DNA of 64,000 bases, from the NCBI GenBank assembly GCA_904063045.1, contig CAJFCJ010000007.1:1050819-1114818 (forward strand). The letters run 5' to 3'. This DNA comes from Dimorphilus gyrociliatus (taxonomy: Eukaryota > Animalia > Annelida). Of the stretch, positions 39,681 to 52,100 are shown piece by piece. The translations under genes and the position numbers were made by a program. Position 1 is the stretch's first letter; every line of letters begins with the position of its first letter. The notes beneath the pieces are model-generated. The model saw only the letters and a program-made list of their open reading frames with translations. It searched no databases and was not told the DNA's origin.

Positions 39681-42600
39681 TCAGCTTAGAATTGAGCTTT
39701 CTATACTAGAATGTTGCGATTTAGACCTCATGCCAGAAGGTTTTAAGTAGTCGTCCCCATACAATTGCATTACATCGGGTCTCTCCTCCTTATGATACTT
39801 GAGACATCGTCGCATAAAATACTATAAAAAAAAAGTTGATGGATTAGTTAAACAAACTTATATTTCTCTAAACAAGATTGTTTGTCAAACCTTGGCTTCG
39901 TTGCTAACTACAGGTTTCGGTGGGAATTCAACTTCAGTAGCTTTCAAAATAGTGTTCTCTTCCAGTATGGCAGCTTGTGTGAGATTATTCCCAAAAGGCT
40001 AAATAAATTTTTGGATTATTTTCAAACATATTTAAAAATAATCCAGTTATCTTACCTTTTTTCCATATAAACATTGGTAAAATATGACGCCAACACTCCA
40101 AACGTCTACTTTCGATGAAATCTTTGGTGGATCTTTACCAACAATAAAACATTCTGGAGGTAGATACCAATAGGTACCTGCTCCTTGTGAAGTCAAGTCA
40201 ATACCAGTACCATCATCGGAATTATCCATAACTTTACTTAATCCGAAATCGGTTATCTTGATTTCTCCACTTAAAGATCCAGCTCCAAGAAGAATATTCC
40301 CCGGTTTCAAGTCATAATGTATGACTGGTGGCTTTATCGAATTAAGGTATCGGAGAGCAGAAACCGTTTGAACTATAATAGACCTAGCTTCGCGTTCCGG
40401 CAATTGTTTACATTGTTTCAGATGGAAGTCGAGGTCGTTGCCTTCGCACAATTCTAATACGGTACAAAACGAGTTCGTGTCAATTTCAAAAACATCAAAT
40501 AATCTGACGATACGAGGATGTTCCAGTGACTTGTGAATATTATATTCTCGAAGAGCATGTTTTATATAATTCGCTTTCTTATCATCTTTCCATTCTTTGT
40601 TAAGTTGATGGATTTTACAGGCAACGTATCGTTGTTCTTTCAAATCAAAAGCCTTATGAACTTCGCTGAAGCCACCCTTTCCTAACAAATATAATAAGAG
40701 GTAACGATCGTTCAATATAGTCTGATTTGTAAATCTAGAGTTATCCTCGGCTGCAATGCGCTTTAATTCACGTATATGTAAATTTCGCTCACGTTCAAGC
40801 TTTTCTAGCTCAGCTTGTAAATCAGTATCCTCACGTTTAAGTGCCTGACTTCTTAGTTTTAATATCTCATCACATGCATGCCATTCTTGCCCAGACATTT
40901 GATTATTGGCAACATCACGAGATGTCGGCTTTGCAAACCCGTCTTGCTGCACGCTAGCAGCAGCAAGGGCAGCAGCAGCCGCTTTCCCTCGTTTTGTAGT
41001 GGGATTTTCAGGAGGTGGTTTCCTTTTAAGCAGTAACTTTCTTTGTTTTTCTATTTCGTCCCTTTCGGAAGTTATGCGTTCTTGTTGTTTGAGTCTCTCT
41101 GTAAAAGCAAATCCATCTACCCAATTTTCAACAAATGTCGCCCCTTGTCGTTGATTAATAAATTGGCCTAATCGTAAACGATTTTCCATACACTTTTGCC
41201 TAGCTGTTTTTCTATCTAATTCACTTTTTTCGATAAGTAATTTCTTTGTAAAAGTAAGACATTTAGCTATTGTGTCTTTATCTTTCTCTATAAGTTTACT
41301 TTGGGCCACGATTTGTTGCCTAAGTTTATCTGATTCTTGTTCTAGAGAGGCAATTTTGGAATTTTTTGTCTCCAAATCGGACGCTGATTGAGCTTCCTTA
41401 TTTCTTAGTTCAACATAAGTAAGGTCGGTTTGAGAATATTTATGTTCTAATTGTAGTTTTCTGTCGTTAAATGAGTTTGGTTGTTTCTGGAAGATTGGAT
41501 GAAAAGTCATAAAATATTAATATGATTACATTAAGTGGACAAAGCTAAGATCCTTACCATCGTAACTTGTAATGGACTATAAATTCTTGACGGACTGCAT
41601 GCTTGAATAGGGGGAGAAACAGTTTGACTGACTCCTCGATTAGGACTACTAGAAGAAATTTGAGTCTATGGTAGAAAAACATGTCAATTTAATAGGTTAA
41701 AAGATACTATTATTTTATATTCACGTGCTAAAAATAGCATATAAAATATATTTTTAAAAAATTACCTTGTTGAAATAATCTTGTATTTTCTTAGAATTAT
41801 TATCACTCTTAGCTGTCTTCCCGTGTCCTGTTTAAGGAAATAATCACCTATTTATTTAAAGACACAGATAACAATACAACTCTCAAATATGTTTGATAAT
41901 AAAGTAAAATTAGAAGAAAATAGAAATTGACAGCAACCCTTGTTGAATGGCCTATTGTATGGAGTCTGCAAGATAACATTTGCTCACAGTATTGCATATT
42001 AGTAGTAACTCATTAACTTTTATAAAAAAAAAGACAAGGGGATATTTAATTCGTATTCGAGCTGATTTATTTTATTGTATTACTGCGCCAATATTTAAAG
42101 TCAATATTCTCCGAGGTCCTATGATCGAATTCAATACATACCAGTGTTATTTCCGTCACACAGGTCACCGGTTTTACGTTTTCTTTTCCGATCCAGACCT
42201 GAACCGGTACGAGACTTTTCTGGTGTCTATTTTTAACGGAAAAACATATTAAGTGCATTGATTTTAAGTCATATTAGGCAATATTTTTATGAATTTCATT
42301 TCCGTAAGAAAATAAGTTAATTTCTTAATAATGAAAGAATTTACCACATCTGTATCATCGCTATTGGTACTTTGTAAAGAACTGGCACTCAGATTTGAAT
42401 CGGTTTGTTGCGAATGACTTTGAGGAACGACAAAAAGTCGTGAATCAGATTGAATGGGAACCATTCTGGCTTCTAATAGTGCTTGCTTTCTAGGATCGAT
42501 TTCAAACGTTCCTATTTTAAAAGCTAAACAGAAACAATAGGTTAAATAAAGTAAAGATCAAAGTATATAAAAATCACCATCATCATTCGGAGACCGCCTC

Positions 42601-42710
42601 ATATTGCTGGTGGAAGTGCCATAAATTGACGATGCATTCGCAAATAAACATGGCGCCTCTTGAGGTTTGGAAGAATCAGAAAAAGGTAACGGCTCACTTC
42701 TTTTGTCCAT
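39681..42710 (-). CDS. TLK: Tousled-like serine/threonine kinase, ~8 exons
   Basis: Approximate exons 42710-42578, 42526-42345, 42226-42142, ~41827-41766, ~41667-41558, ~41487-40056, 39998-39891, 39821-39681. [17 protein letters not shown] and coiled coils precede the kinase motifs [33 protein letters not shown] and [13 protein letters not shown]. Confidence 0.96.
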
Positions 42711-43908
42711 CTGTGATATAGGGTGGCTATCCAGGCGTCACAGGTTTTACTGCTGGACGCAGCTAGGCCTAGAATGAGGTAAATTAAGAATATTACAGTT
42801 AAATTTTATTTCGCATAAAACATTCTAAGAACAGAAGACGCCACCTTGTAGTAAAAGTTGTAACTAATACAATCACTATTTCTAGTCCTTTTGCAACCTT
42901 TTAGGTTGCAGGTTCCGCAGTGCTAAAATTTCCAACTTCAGTTTAACACTTCAATATAATTGAAATTGTTCACTAAAACGTAGAAATATGGAAAATTCGG
43001 CAATTAATATAATCAAGGATAACAAAAGGGTACACCAATATACTCAATGTAAACAAATCAGTGCAGACAGAGGCGACATCTGTTAAACTTGGCGACAGCC
43101 GGTTTATTGAATTCACATTAATCTCTCAACAACCAGATGGAGCCAGCAGTATTGCACCAAGTAAATCTTAAATCTCGAAAGTAGTATGAGGCAGACTGTC
43201 GGAAAAATATCTTTACAAAAGAATATGGTGGTCCGTGAGAAATGGCTTTGTTGTGGACATATTGCTAGATTGTAATATACTCACATTCTTTCAATTTAGC
43301 TAACACTAATTCAAAAATTACAGACTGCTGTGAATTTAAATTCTGTCTCGCTGTGTTGCCAATTTATCCTATATCTGAAGCTGATAGCACAGGGACTCAG
43401 ACGGTTAAAATTCACTATAAGTGGAAGTTAACTTTCGATTTCTTTCTAAAGAGAGAAAAAATTTATTTACACCCAGTTTCACTTTTGTTACAAATATCAA
43501 AAGAAATTAAGTTTTAGACGAACGAAAGTTTACCTAATCCCTGCTACCCCCCCCCTGTATCATGTTTTCTCCTCCCTTTACTCTTATTCTAATTATTATT
43601 GAAAGGTTTCAAGGCTAAAATAGGTATTTTCATTCTGAAATTTAACCTAAAACAGTTTGTTTAGATGACTTAAAAGAGTTTGAATGGGAAAATATTTTGA
43701 ATTCAATTTTCTTTTCATCTTTACAAATATGTATCAAACAGAAAATACATATATTACAATATACTGTTGAATAAAACTGATATTATCGAATATTTCAATT
43801 TATATAAGTTGAAATATTGATGAAGATAAGATATTACTATGAAAAAAATATTTTTTAGATAATTAACAAATATTTCAGTTTAATCTATTTATCTACTTAT
43901 CATCCAAG

Positions 43909-43929
43909 GAGAGAGAGAGAGAGAGAGAG
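43909..43929. repeat. (GA)n microsatellite
   Basis: About 10 GA units read directly. Confidence 0.8.
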
Positions 43930-45829
43930 GAATAGTTTTTAATGACTCTCCCATCGAAATCATTTGTGTATGACATTTCTAACAAAAAGCTTCTAATGTA
44001 GTAGGCGGGACAGGTAAAGAGAGAGGGAGGGGGTTATGTGGAAGGTGAGGGATAGATGAGTGGTATTAAGAAAACAAACTATTAGAAATTGAATAAAATA
44101 CTCAATAGAAAAAATGCTATATTAGGAATATCGGTTTTTTTAGAATGTCAAAAGCCTGTATCATTGAGGAGGAAAAAAAAGTCTTCTTTAATAGTCTATT
44201 GCCTTTTAATACATTGTAAAAATATATTATACAAACTTTTTAATATTATATACAATATATAATAATATAATAATATGCAATAATACAATATATACAGTAT
44301 ATATATATATATTTATATATATATACAATACTCTATATAGATACTGGAGAGTATATGCTTTTTTGCAATCATACTACACGAATATTAGTATAACAGCTAT
44401 TGAGTAAATACAGGCAGCTATTACTCTAACGCATATGAATATTATCTCAAAACCTGCATACAATTATAAAAAAAGGATCAATTTTTTGCAAACTAAAAGA
44501 GGATTGTTCTGTCCTTAATTACCTAGTTAATTAAAATAAGAGTATTAATTATTTTACTTATTATCGATATACTCAAATATATACATACTTTATATATTTG
44601 TATTATAACTAAATATTAAGTATAAATATTAATAATACTATTGAAAAAATTTTTTATTAATCATCTTTAGAAAAATGATAAGAACTCTTAAATAAATCTT
44701 ACTTCTTCTTTACATATAAAATAGACGATACGTTTTCAGGGATACGCAGCTTAGAGATTACAGGAAGAGGATAAATATAATGGGTAAAGGGGAAGAAAAA
44801 AAAAGAGAGAGAGAGGTAGGAGAGAGAAGAGGGAAGAGGAAATAAGAACTGCATTTTCTATGGGAAATTTTTCTTTACTTTTGCGATATGCACATAAACG
44901 TAAATTATTTCCATTATATAGAATATAATACAAGAAAACAAACTTGAGACTTTGAGTAAAATTAATTTAATTGGTAATTTTTCACCTAAATTCTTTTAAA
45001 AATAACTAAGTTATACATTGTGGATAAGTAATTGAAAAAAGAGAGAATTTAATAAAAGAACCTCGATACTAATGTTTTTTTCATTAAAAGTATTATTCCT
45101 TCCTATTGATACTAGCTAATTTAAGTAAATTCTTTCCTCTGCACTATTTTTAATTTAATCTTTTCATCCAGTCTTTCTTTATTTTTTTTTTTATATCTCT
45201 TGTTCACTATCTTTTTATTCTTTGTTTTCTATCTTTCTATATCCCTTTCTCTTTTCGGTTGAATTAGTTTGACAATTATTGAAAATTAGTGATTGGAACG
45301 GTAAATAATCTATTAGAGCTATACTCTAATGACTACAGTTAAAAGTTATAAAACAATAATGTATTATAAGTATTTCAGGGTATTAAATATAATCTCGTGA
45401 TTAAATACAAGATAAACACCAATTATTCTTATCCCAGTCTACCATGACAGCCTTAAACCTTAGTATTACAGTTAATCAAGTCACGTTGATTAATATTGAA
45501 TTATCCACCTTTTTATAGAAATTTCGATCGAAATTGCTTGTCCTATTTACGATAGCGATTACTGTCCAAAGTATAATACAATTGTTTACTGATAAATAGT
45601 TGACAAGAGGATTTCGCATTAATTTGAATAATTTAAACTGTACGATTTATTTCAGTTATCTCTTAAAATTCTTGTCTGTTTTTTATGCTCTTTTCATGAA
45701 AAATCAGTATCTGACAAGTAAACGAAAACATTTGGCAAATTAAACTAAAAAAAAAGAAAAAATAACAATAAAAAAAGACCATCTGAAATTTCATATATAC
45801 TGAATATACAGTGTATATACATATACAGT

Positions 45830-45868
45830 ATAATATATATATATATATATATATATAAATTATATATA
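45830..45868. repeat. (AT)n microsatellite
   Basis: TA run between the TLK 5' region and the giantin 3' end. Confidence 0.8.
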
Positions 45869-46192
45869 TGTGAATCTTTCAGAATAACCAAATTTTTGAG
45901 ACCGTCCCCATTAATGATAATAATAATAAAAATAATAATGTCAATAACAATAAAGTAATAAATTATTCATCATTATTTTTTGGTTATTATCAAATTATCA
46001 CAGATGTTAATAAATTAGTAACAAATGCGTCTTTTTCTTCTAGCAAAAGAACATTTAGCATTGTTTTTTTTCCCAAAAAAAAAAAGTAGAATTTATTTGT
46101 ATCCTTTGTTTTTTTTTTGGTATAAAGAAAAACTAAACAAGATGACGAAGAAGAGGAACAAATGTTTCAGTCCGAAAAATAAACGGTTTTTT

Positions 46193-49100
46193 TTAAAACG
46201 AGCAACCCATCAGAGCGTAGATGTGTAACAAAAGTAAATATATCACAATTGAAACTTTCATTATATTAGCAGGCGATAACAATCGGCGCCAACCTTTCCG
46301 ACAAGTAACCAGGCGTTCGGCGTTTAAGAGAGATTTTCGTACTGTTCGTGCTGTGTTATTATTTTGAAAAAGAAAAAACGTATATTGAATATGAATGCTG
46401 TTATGATATGAATTTATTATACTCACTTAAGCCAACTTTTGGTATTAAATGCTTTTCTTCACTTTCCTGGCTATTTAAATCTTCAGGTATATCTATTGCT
46501 GTTGCGCCAGTAACAGTTGGAGGTCGTTCAGCCTATATAATATAGAATTTTAATATCAGTATAACTCTAAATACAATTATATCATATTATAATAGATTAC
46601 TTCTCTCTCTCTCATTCTTAATTCAAGATTAGCTATATTAAGTCTTTCTTCTAATTGTTCCCGTATCTCTTTTTCATTAGCTAATGATTCTGCTAACCGT
46701 TCCTTTTCTTCATTAGTTTTTCGCAGATCAACGTGTACATTAGCAAAATCAGAAAAAGGTGCCAATTCTATTTCTTCTTCAATGGGACTCGAAGGTGATT
46801 GCATCGTCGAAAAAGCACTTACGGGTCTTACATTGTCGGTATGCTTCCGGACCTTATCAGATTCTTCTGCTTGAAGGCTTTTAATCTGCTTTATATTAAA
46901 GAAAAGTATGAGATATAAACAAAATAAGGGAAAAAAACTACCTAACCTGAGATTTTAACTGACAGATGAGATCATCCCTATTTTTTAAAGCTTCAAAAGT
47001 TTGCTCTAGTTGATTATTTAACATTTCTGAATTCTTATAAGCTTCCTCTTCCCTTTTCTGAGCCTTGCTAAGCTCGACGTTTAAACGTTCTAAATCTGTT
47101 TCTTTCTCGTCTAAATCCATACCATATTTATCAATGACATTCTTTAGTTCACCTTCTCTATTCTCCTCGGAAAATTTGATTTTATCAAATAAGTCATTTA
47201 TTTGACGAATGAGTCGATTGTTGTCCTCTAAACTTTTTTCATGTGCGGGTTTTAATCTATTAAATTCATCTTCAATTCTTCCATTTTTATCCTCAAGCTC
47301 TACTAACTTACTTTGTAGAGAGTTATTTGAAGATTGGAATCGTAAAAGTTCTTGCCTTAGGGAGTTTATTTCTTTATGAGCTACTTCAGATTCGTCAATT
47401 TGACGTTGCAAGTCGTCTTTTTCTATAATAGAGCGATTTAAATCTGCTTTAATATGTTCCGAGTTATGAGAAAGAACGTCATTTTCTTGTTTGAGTAGTT
47501 CAATAGCATTTCTTAGATCTTCAACTTGAGTAGATAGTTCTATTATTTCAGTTTCATTCTCTGAATATTTAGATTTCATTTCAGTTAATTCAGTTTCTGT
47601 ATCAAATAAAGTATTCTTATAATCATCGCACTCGTCTTCCAAATTGAGAACTTGTTGTTCGTATTCTAATTTGATATTTGTTACTTCTGATGCTCTTTTT
47701 TCGATCTCCTTTATTAAGTTGTCCCTTTCGTTTTGTTGTTGAGCACTTTGTTTATCTATTTCTTGTCGCAATTCTTGTAAATTACATTCAGTCTCCTTTA
47801 ATCTATTCTCTAACTCTTTCTTCTCTTTTATTTCGTTTTCTGTCACATGTGTTTTATTTGAAAATTCTTCTTGCTGCCTTTCATATTCCGATCTTGTAGT
47901 GAAAAGCTGAAGTTCAAGTTCTTCAATAGTACCTCGAAAAACTTCTTGTTCTTGATTATACTCTTCCTTAACGTTTATTAATTCCTGTTTGAGATTATTC
48001 ACTTGGGCAATAATAGGTTTATTTGCTTCAATTTCATTTTGTAATAATTCATTTCTATCCTTCATGGCCTTCAGTTTGATAAGCATCCTGTCGCATTTAC
48101 TTTCAGCTATTTCTAATTTACTTTTGTTATCATTACTTTGCTTCTGCAATTCTTCTGTATTAATCTTTTTCAAGTGATTTAATTCAGACAATGCGGTTGC
48201 TAATTGAGCGTCGATATTTATTTTTTCAGTATTTACCATTTCCAATTGTGCTCTATTACATTCAAGATCTTCGTTTAGTTTAATAATTTCTTTTTGTTGT
48301 TCTTTTAATTTATTTTTGTTTTCCAGAGTCTGTTGAGACATTCCGGCGTTTAAATCTGAAATAACTTTTTGAAGATCGTCATTCTTTGACAACAGTTCGT
48401 GATTTTCATTTAAAAGCAATGCCATCCTTTCTTCATTTGAGTTTTCCGATTCAATTTTACTATTTTCTAAGTCTTTACTTAATGTTATAATTTTATCTTG
48501 TAACTCTTGAATTTTATCATCAGCTTCCTTTTCTTGATTATTGATCTTCGCTTTTAGGTCTTCAATTACCTTGTTTAAGTCTTCATTAACAGATGTCAAC
48601 TCACCGTTAACATTTAGCAAAGATTCGTATCTGTTTGAAATCTCTTCCATCGAATCTCTTTCAGCAGTCATTTTATCTAACTCAATTTGATACTTTTCAA
48701 CATCATCATTCAATTTTGAAACATTACTTTGTAGTTCCTTAATCTTATTATCTGAATCAGATTCATGCTGATTCTTATCGTGAGTTAAATCATCAATTCT
48801 TTTAGCTAGACAACTCTTTTCAGTTAATAGTAATTGATATTCACTCAAAAGAGATTCGCATCTCTTTGAAAGGTCCTCATTCAAATCTTGTAAACCACTA
48901 ATTTCTTTGCCATCAATAATCGTTTTATCTTGCCATGTCTGAAGCTTTTCCGTAAGAGTGCATCTTTCACTTTCTAATTCGCAGACTTTCTTTTCTAATT
49001 GCTCCATTTCGATTATTATCTTTTCTCCCTTTTTATTAGATTCATTCAAGTCGTGCTCTAATTTTCCAATAAGATTCGTTTTCTCATTCACGACAACTTC

Positions 49101-52100
49101 AAATTCATCTTGGGTTTTTTGTATAGCATTTGACAACTCTGTAGCTTGTAATTGCAATAGATCTCTTTCTTCCGTTGTTTTCTTTAATTCTTCATGAAAC
49201 CTTGTGTCATTGTTGACATTTATCATTCTTAATTCCTCCATTTTATTTCTATATTCTTCGATTACGTTTGATATTTCACTGTTACCTCTTGTTTGTAGCT
49301 GTTGATAATCTAAATCTAGCTGACTTTTAGATTCACAAATTGACTGATAAGATCGATAAAGATTCTCTAATTCATCAGTTTTTGTTCGGAGTGATGAGCT
49401 ACTTTCAGTTACTTCTTGCTCCAACCGAGATAATAATAGAGATTTTTCTTCTAACTGCCTCTTCAAGTCGACATTTTCAGCAGATATAGCTTGTAATTGT
49501 GTTATATTCATATTTAATTCCGCAATTATTTCATCACGACTCAATATGGAGTTTTTATGATCATTAACTATTTGGGACAATTCTTCGATTTTGATCATTG
49601 ATTGTTCGTTAGTGGTATAATATATTTTTAATTGATCATCTTTCTCGCGTAAATCATCTTGTAATTTCTGATGTAAATTCGTTATTAATTGTTCTTTCTC
49701 ACTAATTATGGATTTAGTCATTTCCTCTTCTACCATTATCTTTTTTAAATTCTCATTTAATCTATTTATTTCAGACTCCTTTTCCGTACAAACTTGATTT
49801 ATAGATTCTAATTCTTTTGTTAATTTCTCTTCCGCTTCCGCTTTAGCTTTCAAATCTACCTTTAGCTTTTTCGCCAGCATTGCAGCCTTCTTCCCTTGTT
49901 TCTCTTTTTGATCAATAACTTTTAAATTATCTTTTATTTCATTTTCTTTCTGTTTTAATAAAGTCTCCTTCTCATTTAATTCTATCTGAAGGAGCTTGTA
50001 TCGCTCTTCAGACTTATCTATTGCATCAGAGAGATGCTGTTCGCCCTCTCGTCCAGCTTCCATTAACTCTTTATATTGTAATTCTAAATTAGTATATTTA
50101 GTTTCTGTATTCATGATAGAAGCTTGAATTTGCTCCTTCTCATCTTTACTCTTTTTTAAATCAGAATTAAGCGTCGCTATTTTCTCATTTAGCTCGTTTA
50201 CCGATTGTTGCAGGGAATCGTTTTCGCTCATAGTTGCTGAGAGTTTTTCTTCTATTTCGACAGTAGCCAATTGATATTTATTTAGTTGTACTTGAACTGC
50301 ATCCCTTTGATCGCTTAAATTCGTTATCATTTCTAGTTGTTCGTTCAGTTTAATCTCGCTATCAAACTTAATTTTTTCCAAATTATCGTTCTTATTGAGT
50401 AATTGTATAATTTCTTCTTGTAATTTTATTTTGTCCTCCTCCAGAGAGTTTATTTGTTCATTTAGAGAGTTGGAATTTTCCTTCTCCCTAGAAATTTGCC
50501 TTTCAAATGTAAATGCTTTACTGTTAAGTTCTTCATTTTTAATACCTAATTCTTTATTTTCTCTTTCGTTGTCGTTTATTTGCTTTTCATAGTATTTCAG
50601 CTTTTCTTCGAAATATTGTTTTATACCACTAATATCGTTTTCTTTACTAGCGATTAATTGCTGTGAATTGTGATTTTCAACTTCCAATTGATTAAGCTGT
50701 TCGTGTAATTCTTCAATTCTCTTTTCTTTGTCTTTCAGATTTTCTTCTTGTTGGATTCCAATTACTCCTAATTTTTCTTTAAATATTAGTACTTCTTTCT
50801 CTTTGTCTTCAAGAGCATTTTTTAGTTCATTCTTTTCTCTATCAAGATCAAGAATTAGCTGCTTTGAATCCTGGTGAGACATGCTCGTTTTTTCTTTTTC
50901 CGCTTTGGCAAATTCTATTATTTTTTCCAAGTTATCGCTTCCTGCTTCGCTATGTGACAGTTTTACAGATATGTCGAAGTCATCACTCATGCCTTCTTCT
51001 GTACAGAAAAGGATGAAAAACTCTTCTAAAGTTTTCATCAACTTATTTATTTCTTCATTTTTATTATTCAAAATATCCTTTAAATCAGTTATATTTTGTG
51101 TATATTCTGACAATTGTGCCTCGTATTCGCTAGAAAGATTTTGTGATGCTAAAATATTTTGTTCCCTTTCAGATATGGCAAGAGTTGAAGCTTTTTCCAA
51201 AGATTCGTTTAATGATTTCAGAGTAGATAATTCTTCTCTTAGACTTTCCAAATCAGATAATAAATTCTGTTTCTCCTCCATCGTGTCCTTCAAATTGTCA
51301 TCTAGCTCGCGAATCTTATTAGAAAATTCATGATTTTGAGTAGACAGAGCACCTAATTGTTTTTCCAGCTCCGAACTGGATGAAGATAGCAGCTCATTTT
51401 TGGAAATTAATTCGTTCTTTTGACTAAGTAGCGCTGCTTCATTGTCTTTAATTTCCTTATTCAATTGATTTATGTGATTATTTAAAGATTGGGTTTCGAA
51501 TTTATAATCTTCAATATTTTTGGACAATTCACAAAGGGATAATTTCTGTTTCTCTTTTAACTCCGAAAGTTCGTTTACCTTATCTTTGTTTTCTGTTAAT
51601 TCAGATTGGAGAGATTTCAAATTTTCATTGAATATTTCCATTTCAGTGCGATTCTTTTCGATCTCTTCAGTTTTTTCCAGCAGCACCCTTTCATTTTCTT
51701 GAATTCTTTGATTATATTCGTCCTGGAGCTGTTTCTTTGAGTTCCTCTCTACTTCTAAAAGGTTTTCAAGTTGAGAATTGAAGCTGTTTACCTCTTGTAA
51801 TTGACATTCAATTGAATGTAGTTTATCTATTGATTGTTTTTCACTTTCTTCCAATTTCCTACTTAATTCTTCTATTTTCTCGTGTTGACTATTCTTTTCG
51901 CTTTGTAAATCTTCCATTGATTGATTAAGATTTAATGTCAAACTCTCTAAATAATTTTCTTTTTCAGATAGCTCATGTTGAATTTTTTCAAAAGCATCAT
52001 TCTTTTCACTTAATGAACAATTTAATGAATCTATTTGCTCCTTCCTGCTTTCATTTTCAATATTTATTTGCGAATGATCGGTAGACAATCTTTCAAAAGT

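Noticed and set aside
42770-43520. Possible small + strand gene or extra TLK 5' exons in a GC-richer patch
   Set aside because: Candidate frames are short, mutually inconsistent and unrecognisable; most likely TLK promoter or 5' UTR.
47678-51702. Several + strand ORFs (60-150 aa) rich in S/F/L
   Set aside because: Antisense shadows of the E/K-rich giantin exon.
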